From NCBI RefSeq assembly GCF_006345805.1, contig NW_021834726.1:1-26694 (forward strand): DNA of 26,694 bases, written 5' to 3'. The position numbers were made by a program, and so were the translations under genes. The notes beneath the pieces are model-generated. The model was not told the DNA's origin and made no database searches. It was given only the letters and a program-made list of their open reading frames with translations. Each line of letters starts with the position of its first letter. Position 1 is the first letter of the stretch. Shown here one piece after another: positions 1 through 11,018 of the stretch. The DNA comes from Octopus sinensis. Its lineage: Eukaryota.

Positions 1-53
1 TACTCTTTAACTGATCTCATTTAGAAATATGTGAGCTGCATTTATAGAAATAC

Positions 54-236
54 CGTTTCCAATTATATAATGTGACGACTATAATGATAGCGGAAACGTT
101 AATAGAGAGAAACAGAGTGAAATGTCTCAGAGTAAGAAAGAGACGACGTCTGCAGTGCTTCTGTAGATCTTTCGGAAATCCACTTGGGTATGGGTTCGAA
201 AGCACCAAATGCCACCATTCCACAAATAACTTCCAC
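54..236 (-). CDS. Candidate internal coding exon (183 nt, phase 2-2) of an unidentified, possibly membrane, protein
   Basis: On the minus strand, acceptor tgtctctacag|G at 237/236 and donor AACG|gtattt at 54/53. The length is divisible by 3 and only one frame is open: WKLFVEWWHLVLSNPYPSGFPKDLQKHCRRRLFLTLRHFTLFLSINVSAIIIVVTLYNWK, with a hydrophobic C-terminal stretch. No family recognised. Confidence 0.25.
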
Positions 237-315
237 CTGTAGAGACACGAATCTACCAATGTCTGGCGAATCGAATTTGGTAACCGAAAACTGTATAGAA
301 AACTGATAAATATAA

Positions 316-541
<226 letters not shown>

Positions 542-546
542 CTGTG

Positions 547-671
547 TACTGCTAGATGCCCTTCTTGTTGCCAACCACTTTACAGTGTGTATCGTGTATT
601 TTTACGTGGCACCAGCACTGGACATATTTCTATAGCATCATCACCAGTGCTTTTTGTAGCACCATCACCGT

Positions 672-672
<1 letters not shown>
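547..672 (-). mobile_element. Degenerate SINE body fragment
   Basis: The minus strand has two gtgcyacnnaaaa(a/t)gcac-like units followed by gtaaagtggttggcaacaagaagggcatctagc. This resembles an octopus SINE body from recall, not a database hit. Confidence 0.5.

Positions 673-674
<2 letters not shown>

Positions 675-724
<50 letters not shown>
675..724. repeat. (TA)n microsatellite
   Basis: Directly visible. Confidence 0.97.
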
Positions 725-728
<4 letters not shown>

Positions 729-950
729 TTATATTCGGAATGGTCATTTTGCCAGTTTGGCCATAATAAAAACACACGCACTATATATTTGGTGTTATTT
801 TGCTTCAGTATTATTTATTTTTTACATTAAACTTAATCTTATTTCGGCCAGAGTTCTTTCGTCACACTCCTGTGACCGCATCAGTGGTCCTTTGTTTACT
901 TCTTACTTATGTGTCTCTCCTTACTCACCGTCAGCCATTTGTATTTAAAC

Positions 951-951
<1 letters not shown>

Positions 952-1010
<59 letters not shown>
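952..1010. repeat. (TA)n microsatellite
   Basis: Directly visible. Confidence 0.97.
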
Positions 1011-1014
<4 letters not shown>

Positions 1015-1282
1015 ACGTGTATCTTAATAGGTTTCCCCAAAAGCAGCATCGAAGTTTTGTTACGCTCCCTTGATATAGCAATAAAAAAAAGATAATTATA
1101 GACTTCGTACAAGCTATAAAATATATAAATACTAGGATTAATTTGGTCGAGTAATACCTTCAAGGCTCTTTTCCAGCATGGCCCTAGTGCAATGACTAAA
1201 ACAAAGTTTTTTTTCATCTCCGAAAATAGAGATATACGCACAAACACACGACACATACATACACACACGCACACGCATGAAT

Positions 1283-1317
1283 GTATATATTGAATATATT
1301 ATATATATATATATATA

Positions 1318-1362
<45 letters not shown>
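1283..1362. repeat. Compound (TA)n-(GA)n microsatellite
   Basis: Directly visible. Confidence 0.95.
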
Positions 1363-1367
<5 letters not shown>

Positions 1368-1399
1368 AGAGAATTTAAAAGAAAAACAAAAGACGAAGA

Positions 1400-1610
1400 C
1401 GGGTGTGTAAACAACCAGCAGATGTATTAGTTTAACGCTCAAGAAGTGAGAAAGTCTTTTACATTTCGAGCCTACGCACTTCGAGAGAAGGAACACAGAA
1501 ATAAACAGGGAGAGAAAATAGAAAAAGGTATAGTGGCTATCAATCTATCATGGCGAATGCTGGACAGTGGGGTCAAACAGGAGAGCTCTCTCTCTATATA
1601 CATTTATACA
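1400..1610 (-). mobile_element. Probable Penelope-like element terminal fragment (degenerate)
   Basis: Minus 1486-1456 reads ctctcgaagtgcgtaggctcgaaatgtaaaag, a decayed CnGAAGA..GAAAC(GT)-type motif typical of Penelope-like pseudo-LTRs. No ORF is present and the boundaries are approximate. Confidence 0.3.
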
Positions 1611-2002
1611 GAGAGATTGACAGTGAGAAAGATATTGACACAAATAAATAGGTAAATAGATAGACACATAGTTAGATGGAAGGACAGTAAGACGGATAGA
1701 TTCATGGAATAACAGATATAGAAGAGGGGAGAGATAAAGGGGACGTAACTGCATAAAGCTTTGCCGTTTGTCTTTCTCTCATTTTTTGTCTAATCATACA
1801 AATTAACGATTATAAAATTTCATCCCGACATATCACTCTCACCTAATGATAAAACTATAAATATTGATAGCTCCAAAGGGACCACATAACAGATATGCCT
1901 GTCTGGAAATCGAGTTTTGATTTTGATTTTTCAGACACAGGCAGGCTAAGCGAAAATTTACATTCACACAGGTATACACATATATATTCACGCACACACA
2001 CA

Positions 2003-2146
2003 TACGTGCACAAGCACACACACACACACACACACACACATACGTGCACACACACACATACGTGCACACACACACATACGTGCACACACACACATACGTG
2101 CACACACACACATACGTGCACACACACACATACGTGCACACACACA
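2003..2146. repeat. 18-bp minisatellite TACGTG(CA)6
   Basis: TACGTG occurs at 2041, 2059, 2077, 2095, 2113 and 2131 (exact 18-bp period), plus a seventh copy at 2003. Confidence 0.95.
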
Positions 2147-2460
2147 AACACACAGGGAGAAACGTGTGTCTATATGTTAAAATGTGTTTAAAAACACTCT
2201 CTCACACACACACACACAAATAGGTCAATTTCTATGTGCATATATGTGTGTGCATGTGTGCGTGTGTATATACATATTATATATATGTGTGTGTGTGTGT
2301 ATATATATATTATACACACGTAGACATTTATACACATTTATTCAAAATAATGTGTGTGTATATACGCATATTATATATATATATATTATACACACGAAGA
2401 AACTTATACGCAATCACAATCATCTATGTTTGTGTGCATGTGTCCATTCACATTTATATA

Positions 2461-2491
<31 letters not shown>

Positions 2492-2518
2492 AATATATAC
2501 ATATATGATATTATATAT

Positions 2519-2556
<38 letters not shown>

Positions 2557-2928
2557 CATTTACATGTATACATATACATATATGCATATGCATATATACA
2601 TAAAACCGACTCTTATTTATAATTCATGCTGAGAGACAGCATATACGCTAGGTAAAAAAATAAGCATAAATCGAACACAATAGATAATAAAATACTGAAC
2701 CAAATAGCAAACACAAATCGCAGAACGACTTTTCAGTAAAGTTTGGCAGAGAATTCCATACAGACAATTTGGTGATGGTCAACCTTTTTGTTGACCACGA
2801 CACCAGAGACATGACTGTAGCACAAATCAAATACGAAACACCTAGTTTTTTTGGCGTTTTATTTTTTTGAAATATTCCCACTGAGTCTGTTTCGTCCATT
2901 TTGTTTTGTATGTAGTTGCGCTTGCCGT

Positions 2929-3467
<539 letters not shown>

Positions 3468-4126
3468 TGCATATATATATGTATGCATATGTGTGGAAGT
3501 GTAGATATATATACAGCTTTTGTACATATGCATATATATATATATATATTTACATATATGCAAACATACATACACACAGACATATATGTGTGCATGTGTG
3601 CGTGTGTGCGTGCCTATCTGTGTGTGTGTATGAATGTGCATGTGCATGTACGTTATGTGTATTGTATCTGTGAATTTACATTACGTTTCTGGTTGGTGGA
3701 GTTGAGATAAGACAGCTAATGTGAAAGGACACCGGTTCATCACAACCATCACAATCAGTGAATATTTAACACGTCCAGTTTGAAACGGAAACAAGTGAAA
3801 TCTGATTTCTTTTGTTCTTTTGCATATTTATTTTTTTTGTAGTTTGATATATATATATATATTTTTTTGTTAGCTCTTGATATCACAGATTTCTTTCCGT
3901 TGCTTTAGATTTGTGGAATTCGACATTTGGCGCAGTATCAATTCGTTTGGGTTGTTACCGATACATACACACATACACACACACATACATATTGGCTTCT
4001 CAACCATCCACCCATCCACAGACGTACGTACATAGGTATGTTAAGCATATATACGGACGTACTTACGTATAAACACACAGACGCTTACCGATCACATAAG
4101 CAAAAATATATATATTTATACACATA

Positions 4127-4528
4127 GGCGCAGGAGTGGCTATGTGAAAAGTAGCTTGCTTACCAACCACATGGTTCCGGGTTCAGTCCCACTGCGTGGC
4201 AACTTGGGCAAGTGTATTCTGCTATAGCCCCGGGCCGACCAATGCCTTGTGAGTGGATTTGGTAGACGGAAACTGAAAGAAGCCTGTCGTATATATGTAA
4301 ATATATATGTATATATGTATATGCGTGTGTGTTTGTCCCCCTAGCATTGCTTTACAACCGATGCTGGTGTGTTTATGTCCCCGACACTTAGCGGTTCGGC
4401 AAAAGAGACCGATAGAATAAGTACTGGGCTTACAAAAGAATAAGTCCCGGGGTCGTGTTGCTCGATTAAAGGCGGTGCTCCAGCATGGCCGCAGTCAAAT
4501 GACTGAAACAAGTAAAAGAGTAAGAGTA
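4127..4528 (+). mobile_element. Near full-length tRNA-derived SINE, CORE-like family (family B)
   Basis: Head ggcgcaggagtggctatgtg with a B-box-like gggttcagtccc, a CORE-like aacttgggcaagt segment, an internal (TA/TG) tract, and a 3' end ccagcatggccgcagtcaaatgactgaaacaagtaaaagagtaagag. Several homologous copies lie in this window. Confidence 0.9.
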
Positions 4529-4541
4529 TATATACAGAGAA

Positions 4542-4778
4542 GCGCAGGCGTGGCTGTGTTTTCTACTACTGCCTCGGGCCGGCTAAAAACCATTTGAGAG
4601 GAAAGACAAGAGGGAAAAGCAAGATGCCCTCCGTATATACATTTATGTATATATTTATATGTGTATGTTTGTGCGAATGTATTTGTCTGCACGCCAGCAC
4701 TTTACAACAGATGCTGTTGTGTCTATATCCTCATAACATAGAAGTTCGGCAAAATAGAACAATGGAATATTACTAGGT
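4542..4778 (+). mobile_element. Older, internally deleted family-B SINE, tandem to the previous copy
   Basis: gcgcaggcgtggctgtg joins directly to ttctactactgcctcgggccg. Downstream ctttacaacagatgctg and gttcggcaaaa align with 4127-4528. Confidence 0.7.
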
Positions 4779-4859
4779 AAAATAATGTATATATCTATCT
4801 ATTCTCTATCAATTCACTTCGCATATTCTCAGTATATTCTCCTTGGCCATCACCTCATT

Positions 4860-5680
4860 CCTCTTATTCTTACCCTTGCTCGTCTTGGCTTAATCCTCAA
4901 GCAAAACCGCTTAGCGCTACTTACCACTTGCCATTCGTACCACTCTATCCATTTCTTCCTCTGCTTATACCTCTCTCTGTTACTCTCGTACTTTGCTTCC
5001 TACTTCAGTATTATTCTTCTAAAGTCAAATCACTTTAATTGTCTGAATTTACTCATCGCCTCTTGCCGGCAACTTCATTTTAATACCCGGCCATCGTTTC
5101 TCTCGTTGTACCGACTTCTCTTTCTCAATAGCCCATCTGTACCCCTATATCAACATCATTCATCGATTTTTCCTCTGGATATATAGTCTTCAGTATCCTT
5201 TATGAATAACAAATCTTCTCAAAACACCCAACAATGACCCAACACTTTCCACCTACTCATCTCAATCCTTGTCACTAATCACTCAACTCGGTAATTCTAC
5301 CTCCTTGTAAATCCCCTGGTACCTCAGCCCTCTCTCTCACAGCTCTGCCTCACGTATCTTTTCTTGCCGTTTCATTGCTTCGAGAAACCCATATCCCTCA
5401 CCCAGCTAAAATCATCTTCCACCTGTTTTAATTCACCTTCATTTTCGTCTATTCTACTTTTGAATTCTCTCGAATTGTGATGTGATCCTCTAGTTGACAT
5501 TATTTTCACCCTGAAAACGAAGGCGGCCTTTACCGTAATGTTCATAAGCAACCACTACTGGACACATATCCTTGACATTTATCACACTCCATCTACCAAC
5601 CTTACTACTGTTACGTAATTCCGAGCCCAGAGAAGGAGCAGCTGCACCTCAAATACTAGGCTCTCAAACCTGATCTGTCT
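4860..5680 (+). mobile_element. Highly decayed L2/CR1-like LINE ORF2 fossil (region upstream of the RT domain)
   Basis: The plus strand is strongly pyrimidine-rich. By-eye translations SWLNPQAK, LQYYSSKVKSL and SSSTCFN..ILLLNSLEL*CDPLVDII echo the PW.N, YY...I and S.TC.LDP..LLK.....P...IIN motifs of L2/CR1 ORF2. There are many stops and frameshifts. Confidence 0.35.
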
Positions 5681-5724
5681 GTATATAGTGTACGTCCTGT
5701 AAAACTGTTCTGTAAAATATATGT

Positions 5725-5782
5725 TAAATCCTTAAAAAATGTTTTAGCCCGAAGGCCGCGGCCATGCTGGGGCACCACCGCT
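5725..5782 (-). mobile_element. SINE 3'-end remnant
   Basis: The minus strand gcggtggtgccccagcatggccgcggcc matches ggcggtgctccagcatggccgcag near 4470-4495. Confidence 0.65.
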
Positions 5783-5954
5783 GAAATCTGTCAATTTTTG
5801 TTTCTCAATCTTTGGTTCTCTTTTTTTTCCAGCAAACCTGGAATCCTTTTTGTTTTACTCCGGCGACATAGTTTCGATCGAGAAGATAAGTTCAAATAAT
5901 TTGAGCGGTGCGACATACTTTTTATGCCGAGCAAGTCTGGATCACACAAGTTCA

Positions 5955-6078
5955 CTATCTCTCACTCTCTCAATCTCTCTCTCTGTGCCTCTCTCTCTCT
6001 CTCTCTGCCTTTCTCTCTCTGCCTCTCTGCCTTTCTCTCTGTGCCTCTCTCTGTCTCTGTCTCTCTCTCTCTCTCTCT
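5955..6078. repeat. (CT)n microsatellite with CTGT/GCCT variants
   Basis: Directly visible. Confidence 0.95.
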
Positions 6079-6161
6079 AAACCACTTCAGCAAAGTGAAC
6101 CCGGAATCATGTGGTTGAAAAGCAAGCTTCTTACCACACTGCCACAACCACACCTGCACCT
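6079..6161 (-). mobile_element. Family-B SINE 5' head
   Basis: The minus strand gtgtggtaagaagcttgcttttcaaccacatgattccgggttcact aligns with the head of 4127-4528. Confidence 0.8.
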
Positions 6162-6162
6162 A

Positions 6163-6240
<78 letters not shown>
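6162..6240. repeat. (TA)n microsatellite
   Basis: Directly visible. Confidence 0.95.
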
Positions 6241-6245
<5 letters not shown>

Positions 6246-6480
6246 AAATAGAAAGATGAATTTTCTTGTTACAGATTATTCAAAAGTTTAACCGATACCT
6301 GGGTAGCGAAAATCACAGCAGAAAATACACGGTTGGAGATAAGACCATTTGGTGTTGCAACCGTGCGTTGGTGCGGATAATTGAAGTTTAATATTATTAT
6401 TGAATGGAAGAAATGGAGTTGAACGAAGATTGTACAGAATTCCTTTTATTACATTCTACACATGTTTCAAAGGCCACAAA

Positions 6481-6483
6481 TTA

Positions 6484-6556
<73 letters not shown>

Positions 6557-6595
6557 CATATATATATACATATATATATATATATTATTTATTAT
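6481..6595. repeat. (TA)n microsatellite
   Basis: Directly visible. Confidence 0.95.
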
Positions 6596-6997
6596 ATTTA
6601 TGTGCCTAATAACTCTTCATAAGTCGATAATCTGTAAGTTAGAGATTATATATATACCAGCATATTATTCAGTGTCTCATATATTCTCTTTTACTCCCTC
6701 ACATCAATATTCGTCTGCATCCACGTCAGACAGACCATATGTCCGTCTGCTTTATTTATTTAATCATGTATTAGTTGACTTATTTATTTCCAATTTTTCG
6801 TTTCGACCTATTGTGAAGTTACGTGAAGTTACGTGCTCATTATGTACCACCTGTCTATAAAATACCTGGCCGGAACTTTACAACTTTTATTACTAATTCC
6901 ACTTTTAACAACAATTGACGAAATCTATTTAAATAAAATACAATAAGTACCGTAAAGTGGAGAGTAGAAATAATTAATTTTATGCATGAAAAGCTTT

Positions 6998-7104
6998 TCA
7001 TTCGCTGATCGTTCTTCGTTGTTGTAGCAAAAGTTGTTTTCTGTAGTATGACTTCACATTACATCTCTTACGGATGACATAGAAATACTTGTAAATGCCG
7101 ACCG
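6998..7104 (-). CDS. Candidate terminal coding exon (107 nt, phase 1) of an unidentified protein
   Basis: Strong acceptor ttttattttcctactag|CG. Reads (x)VGIYKYFYVIRKRCNVKSYYRKQLLLQQRRTISE* with the stop at 7000-6998. It resembles a transmembrane end plus basic cytoplasmic tail, and AATAAA motifs follow on the minus strand (about 6885 and 6755). No homology recognised. Confidence 0.3.
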
Positions 7105-7604
7105 CTAGTAGGAAAATAAAAATTAAAAAAAAAAACACACATATTAGTTTTAATGTTCTTCCGAAATTTATCAATTCTATTTTATTTAACTAATTGCTTG
7201 ATTTCAATTCGACAGACAATCTTGGCTGATCGATTTACACTTAATATGACTCAACCTAGATTTCTATTGCAGTCATTTAATAACGTTGATGGAATTTAGA
7301 ATCAGCTCATGCGCATCGTAGATACTTGGAAACTGATATAGCGATACTATTAGTTAAGTAGTAGTTAACCAAATACCCAATTAACTAATCGATTTTTTAG
7401 AACATTCTATCGAAATTATAAAATTACATAAATAACCCGGTGTGTAGCTGTCTTTTCGTCTCGAACCTCAAACTTACGAATGACATGATTTGTTAGTCTG
7501 AGCTGATGACAAAACTTATTAATCAGTTGACAAATTTGCCCAGTAAAATGAGTGATACAGAACAGGTGCTTGCATTGCATATTTCCTGGGGTTTACGATA
7601 TCTA

Positions 7605-7658
<54 letters not shown>

Positions 7659-7778
7659 TAATAATGATAATAATAACAACATCAACAGCAACAACAACAA
7701 CAACAACAACATCAACGACGACGACGACAATAACAAAAACAACAACGACGACGATAACAACAACAACAATAACAACAG

Positions 7779-7809
<31 letters not shown>

Positions 7810-7837
7810 AACAATAATAATAATAATAATAATCATA
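7605..7837. repeat. (AAT)n-(AAC)n-(AAT)n compound microsatellite, probably the tail of the adjacent element
   Basis: Directly visible and abuts the 3' end of the 7838-8090 repeat. Confidence 0.95.
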
Positions 7838-8090
7838 ATTGTCCTGATGCAGTACCAAGCAGTGGCTCTCGTGGCTGCTGATCTTAACTGATTGGAAGCG
7901 TTCTCATGTACATTGTTTTGTCTTGGTATAAAAGATGGGCTATAGTAAATATTCTGCTCCATACCACAGATTTGCTTGTCAGTTATTTGACCTTAACCAG
8001 TTGAACATTTCCCTTAGTGGCCGACGATATGTATATCTCTGACCACGAGCAGAATTAGTGGGGGAGCATCATAGGCATGTGTTGAGAGGA
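7838..8090 (-). mobile_element. 5'-truncated LINE 3' fragment (RTE-like?) with an (ATT)n-type tail
   Basis: A GC-richer block that runs on the minus strand into ...ggtactgcatcaggacaattatgattattatt. It resembles a common octopus interspersed repeat from recall. The clade assignment is uncertain. Confidence 0.5.
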
Positions 8091-8964
8091 CAAAAGATAA
8101 TGAAATGGAATAACATAACCCTACCTTTTTTCTGTCGAAAAGGACGAAAGCTAATTTGTTAGTAGTGAGATTGCATCACAACAGTGAAACCCATTATGGT
8201 TATTACAAGAGAACGAGATACCAAAAATAAATATATCACAACAAATACGTAAAATACACAATGTGAATGCCGTACCAACACTCAGAATGAAAAACAATAT
8301 GATTTATAAAATAATTAAAAAAAAGCTACTATTTTAATAGCTTTCATTGCTACAATATTTAAAGTAAATTTATCGAAATATATTCGACAGCAATATTTTT
8401 TCAACAATTAAATATCCCTCGACCATAGAAATTTTATGACGGCTGCATTATAAAATCGAAATAAATTCAATTAAAACAATTTAGTTAAAGGTTTGTCTGT
8501 TTTTTTCAATAATTATGTCAGCGCATTAATCAGGAAGACGCTTGTTCTAATGAAGAGAAAAAAATAATGTGTTTAAGGTACTGACGCGGAAATTGTCTAT
8601 ATTGTACATAGGAATGACCTCATAAAAAGTCAATTCATTGATTAAAAACAAATAAACCAAAAAACACTGACTCGTTTTTGATTATATTAAAATGTGTTGA
8701 TTCAAAATCACAAAGGCCCAAATCCATGAGTATTTAGCGCAACAAAAGCTGGTAGATATACATATGTAAGCACCCATCCATCAATCTGTCCTTACATACA
8801 TACATATACACTCATACACACTAGTATGAATACATACACACACCCACACACATACACTCGACTACACACATACACTCGACTACACGCATACACATATGCA
8901 GATAGAGAGGTATAAACACAAAAGATAGACAGACAGATACATAGATATAAACATACATACAGAT

Positions 8965-9014
8965 CGATAAAAGTAGATAGATAGATAGCTAGATAGATAG
9001 ATAGATAGATAGAC

Positions 9015-9091
<77 letters not shown>

Positions 9092-9092
9092 C
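8965..9092. repeat. (GATA)n microsatellite
   Basis: Directly visible. Confidence 0.97.
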
Positions 9093-9292
9093 AGATATAG
9101 CTATACATATGCATGCACATATGCACATTTATGTAAACAATTTGCTTATATATTTAGTTCCAATTTTACATATTTTTTATTATTTTTCTTGAATGCTTAG
9201 ACTTAATTTTTTTCGTTTTCACTTCTTAATTGGTCTTTATTCACGCTTTAATTACAACTGTCTAGAAATCTATTACTATATTCTTGTCCAGA

Positions 9293-9470
9293 TCTTCTTC
9301 TTCTTCTTCTTATTCATCTTCTCCTCCTCCCCTCCCCTCCGTTTTCTTCTTCTTCTTTTTCTTCCCCTTCTTTTTCTTCTTCTTCTTCTTCTTCTTCTTC
9401 TTCTTTTTCTTCTTCTTCTTCTTCTTCTTCTTCTTCTTCTTCTTCTTCTTCTCCCCCTCCTTCTTCTTCG
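9293..9470. repeat. (TTC)n/(TCC)n microsatellite
   Basis: Directly visible; source of the poly-F and poly-L ORFs. Confidence 0.97.
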
Positions 9471-9562
9471 TCACCTCCTCCTTCTATTCCTCTCTCGGTT
9501 TTTCAACGTATCTATCTATAAAAGTCTATTCATTAAAACAGACGTATATTTTAACACATATA

Positions 9563-9725
9563 AGACGCATGCGCAACTGTGTCGTTAAGAAACTCGCGTT
9601 TCCACCAACTCCGCTTCGACTTCAGTCATTTTAGACAGCCAATTGTCTCCTACTGCACCTCCGGGAACGACTAATGCCTTATATTAAATGTGGTAGACGG
9701 AAGCTACCTGGAATCCATTTTTATA
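9563..9725 (+). mobile_element. Old family-B SINE 5' half
   Basis: gtgtcgttaagaaactcgc..ttcagtc..ggtagacggaagc aligns with 4127-4290. Confidence 0.6.
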
Positions 9726-9761
9726 TGTGACTATATCTATGTGTATACCTACGTCTTGTAT

Positions 9762-9847
9762 ACACTCACAACGCCCGGTCTGGGAATCGAAACGCAATCC
9801 TACGACCGCGGGTCCGCTGCCCTAACCACTGGGTCATTGCGCCTCCA
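9762..9847 (-). mobile_element. Solitary tRNA-like SINE head (family C)
   Basis: The minus strand ggaggcgcaatgacccagtggttagggcagcggacccgcggtcgtaggattgcgtttcgattcccagaccgggcgttgtgagtg has an A box (tgacccagtggttagg) and a B-box-like tttcgattcc, but imperfect cloverleaf stems. Confidence 0.7.
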
Positions 9848-9863
9848 CATATATACATATATA

Positions 9864-11018
9864 TAAAGGGCGATTTATTCGTCATTAGAGACGTTCGTGT
9901 ACTGAGTTCCTACTTGAAATTCTAGTTTCTATCGCATATTCAAGTGTTGTCATATGAACAGTTACGTTCCAAAAGTAGCTGTAGCTCTTAATGAAGTTGA
10001 TACGGTGAGAAGAGCGGGGTTTGGGGGGTTACGAGATGTTTGACAAGGGTTTATCTTCAACAAAGAACTTTTGGTATGATAAAACTTCATTTAAATTAAA
10101 TAACACAATTAACCCTGATAATTGCACCTATATTGGACAGATGTATCTACTCTGAATATTCTATTCTACTCTAGGCACAAGACTCGAAATTTTGGATGAA
10201 TGGGCCTGTCGATTAGATAGACCCTAGTATGCAACTGATTCTTAATATTTCGACCCCGAAAGCATGAAAGGCAAAGTCGACCTCGGCGGAACTTGAACTC
10301 AGAACGTAGCGACATGCGAAATACCTCAAAGCATTTCACCTGGCGTGCTAACGTTTCTGCCAGCTCGCCGTCTTATCTACTCTGAATATTATAATAGAAT
10401 TATACCAGGGATGGCATTATGTTGCGGCATAACAGCAGAAGGGTAAATTGGCCCGCTCCCTTTTGATGGAACTGAGACCGGTTTCATGTAATTGCTGCGA
10501 TAATCTATTACATCAGGCAGTCAAGAGTATTTTGACGATGTGCAGTTTTATTTGCGGCAAGAATGGCTTGCCTTGATATTTTGGCAAAAAGATTGATTCG
10601 ACAAAAGCTTCAGGTGGTAAGACATTGTGATCACTGCATATCGAACTACTAGACATATCTTCATCGGAATATTCAAAACTTGAAGTTCACGGTGCACAGC
10701 CAGCAACAGGCGAAATAGGAGCAGCAACCGGACTAGAATATGCACAAGTCCCGTAACACTAAGGTGTTTGTGTTGGTGACTCCATTGGTTGGCATTATCA
10801 ACAGGACCTAGCAGATAATGGTCCTCGCTTAGCAGGCTGGCGTTCATGAAATTTAGATTCTGTCTGCAGACATTTTATTACATATTGGAAATGAAATTGT
10901 ATTTTAATAAACACTGACCTCAGAATCATTCGATATATGTATATATCATTTGGCCAGAAAACAATATATATGTGCCTGTACCTAACCGGGTGTGTTTCTA
11001 CGTGTGTATCACCATGTG
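9864..11018 (+). mobile_element. Decayed Tc1/mariner-superfamily DNA transposon (DDD transposase pseudogene about 9880-10848), 5'-deleted and split by a SINE
   Basis: Ordered plus-strand motifs, with frameshifts and stops: RIFKCCHMNSYVPKVAVALNEVDTVRR (about RILK..YIPRLLHALNEDDPDRR); WYDKTSFKLNNTINPDNCTY (about WSDEA.FKLNG.VNRHNC.YW); CGITAEG*IGPLPFDGTETG (about WCG....G.IGP.FFEGTVTG); EYFDDVQFYLRQE (about F.QQDG); LLD....KLEVHGAQPAT...QQDLADNG (about PLDF.LWG.LK..VY...P.T...C...NG.HFE). Possible degenerate TIR ends are taaagggcgat (9864) and atcaccatgtg (11008). Confidence 0.75.
10161..10373 (-). mobile_element. tRNA-derived SINE, Nin/Deu-domain-like family (family A), with a 17-bp TSD
   Basis: The minus strand runs gacggcgagctggcagaaacgttagcacgcc..gagttcaagttccgccgaggtcgactttgcctttcatgctttcggggtcga. 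Identical tatctactctgaatatt flanks it at 10144-10160 and 10374-10390. Confidence 0.92.

Noticed and set aside
4785-5186. 133-aa hydrophobic plus-strand ORF
   Set aside because: It lies in pyrimidine-rich decayed LINE-like sequence and shows no recognisable domain or splice context.
5832-6380. Strong plus-strand acceptors at about 5832 and 6274 with short open frames
   Set aside because: No convincing donors, and polypyrimidine-AG motifs are common by chance in this composition.
6813-6835. 10-bp tandem duplication gtgaagttac x2, and an 18-bp duplication at about 8850-8890
   Set aside because: These are ordinary slippage duplications.
9762-9847. Possible genuine tRNA gene
   Set aside because: The stems are imperfect, the B box is degenerate, and it continues into ttgtgagtg SINE body sequence, so it is treated as a SINE head.
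10548-10847. 99-aa minus-strand ORF
   Set aside because: It is antisense to the mariner transposase fossil.
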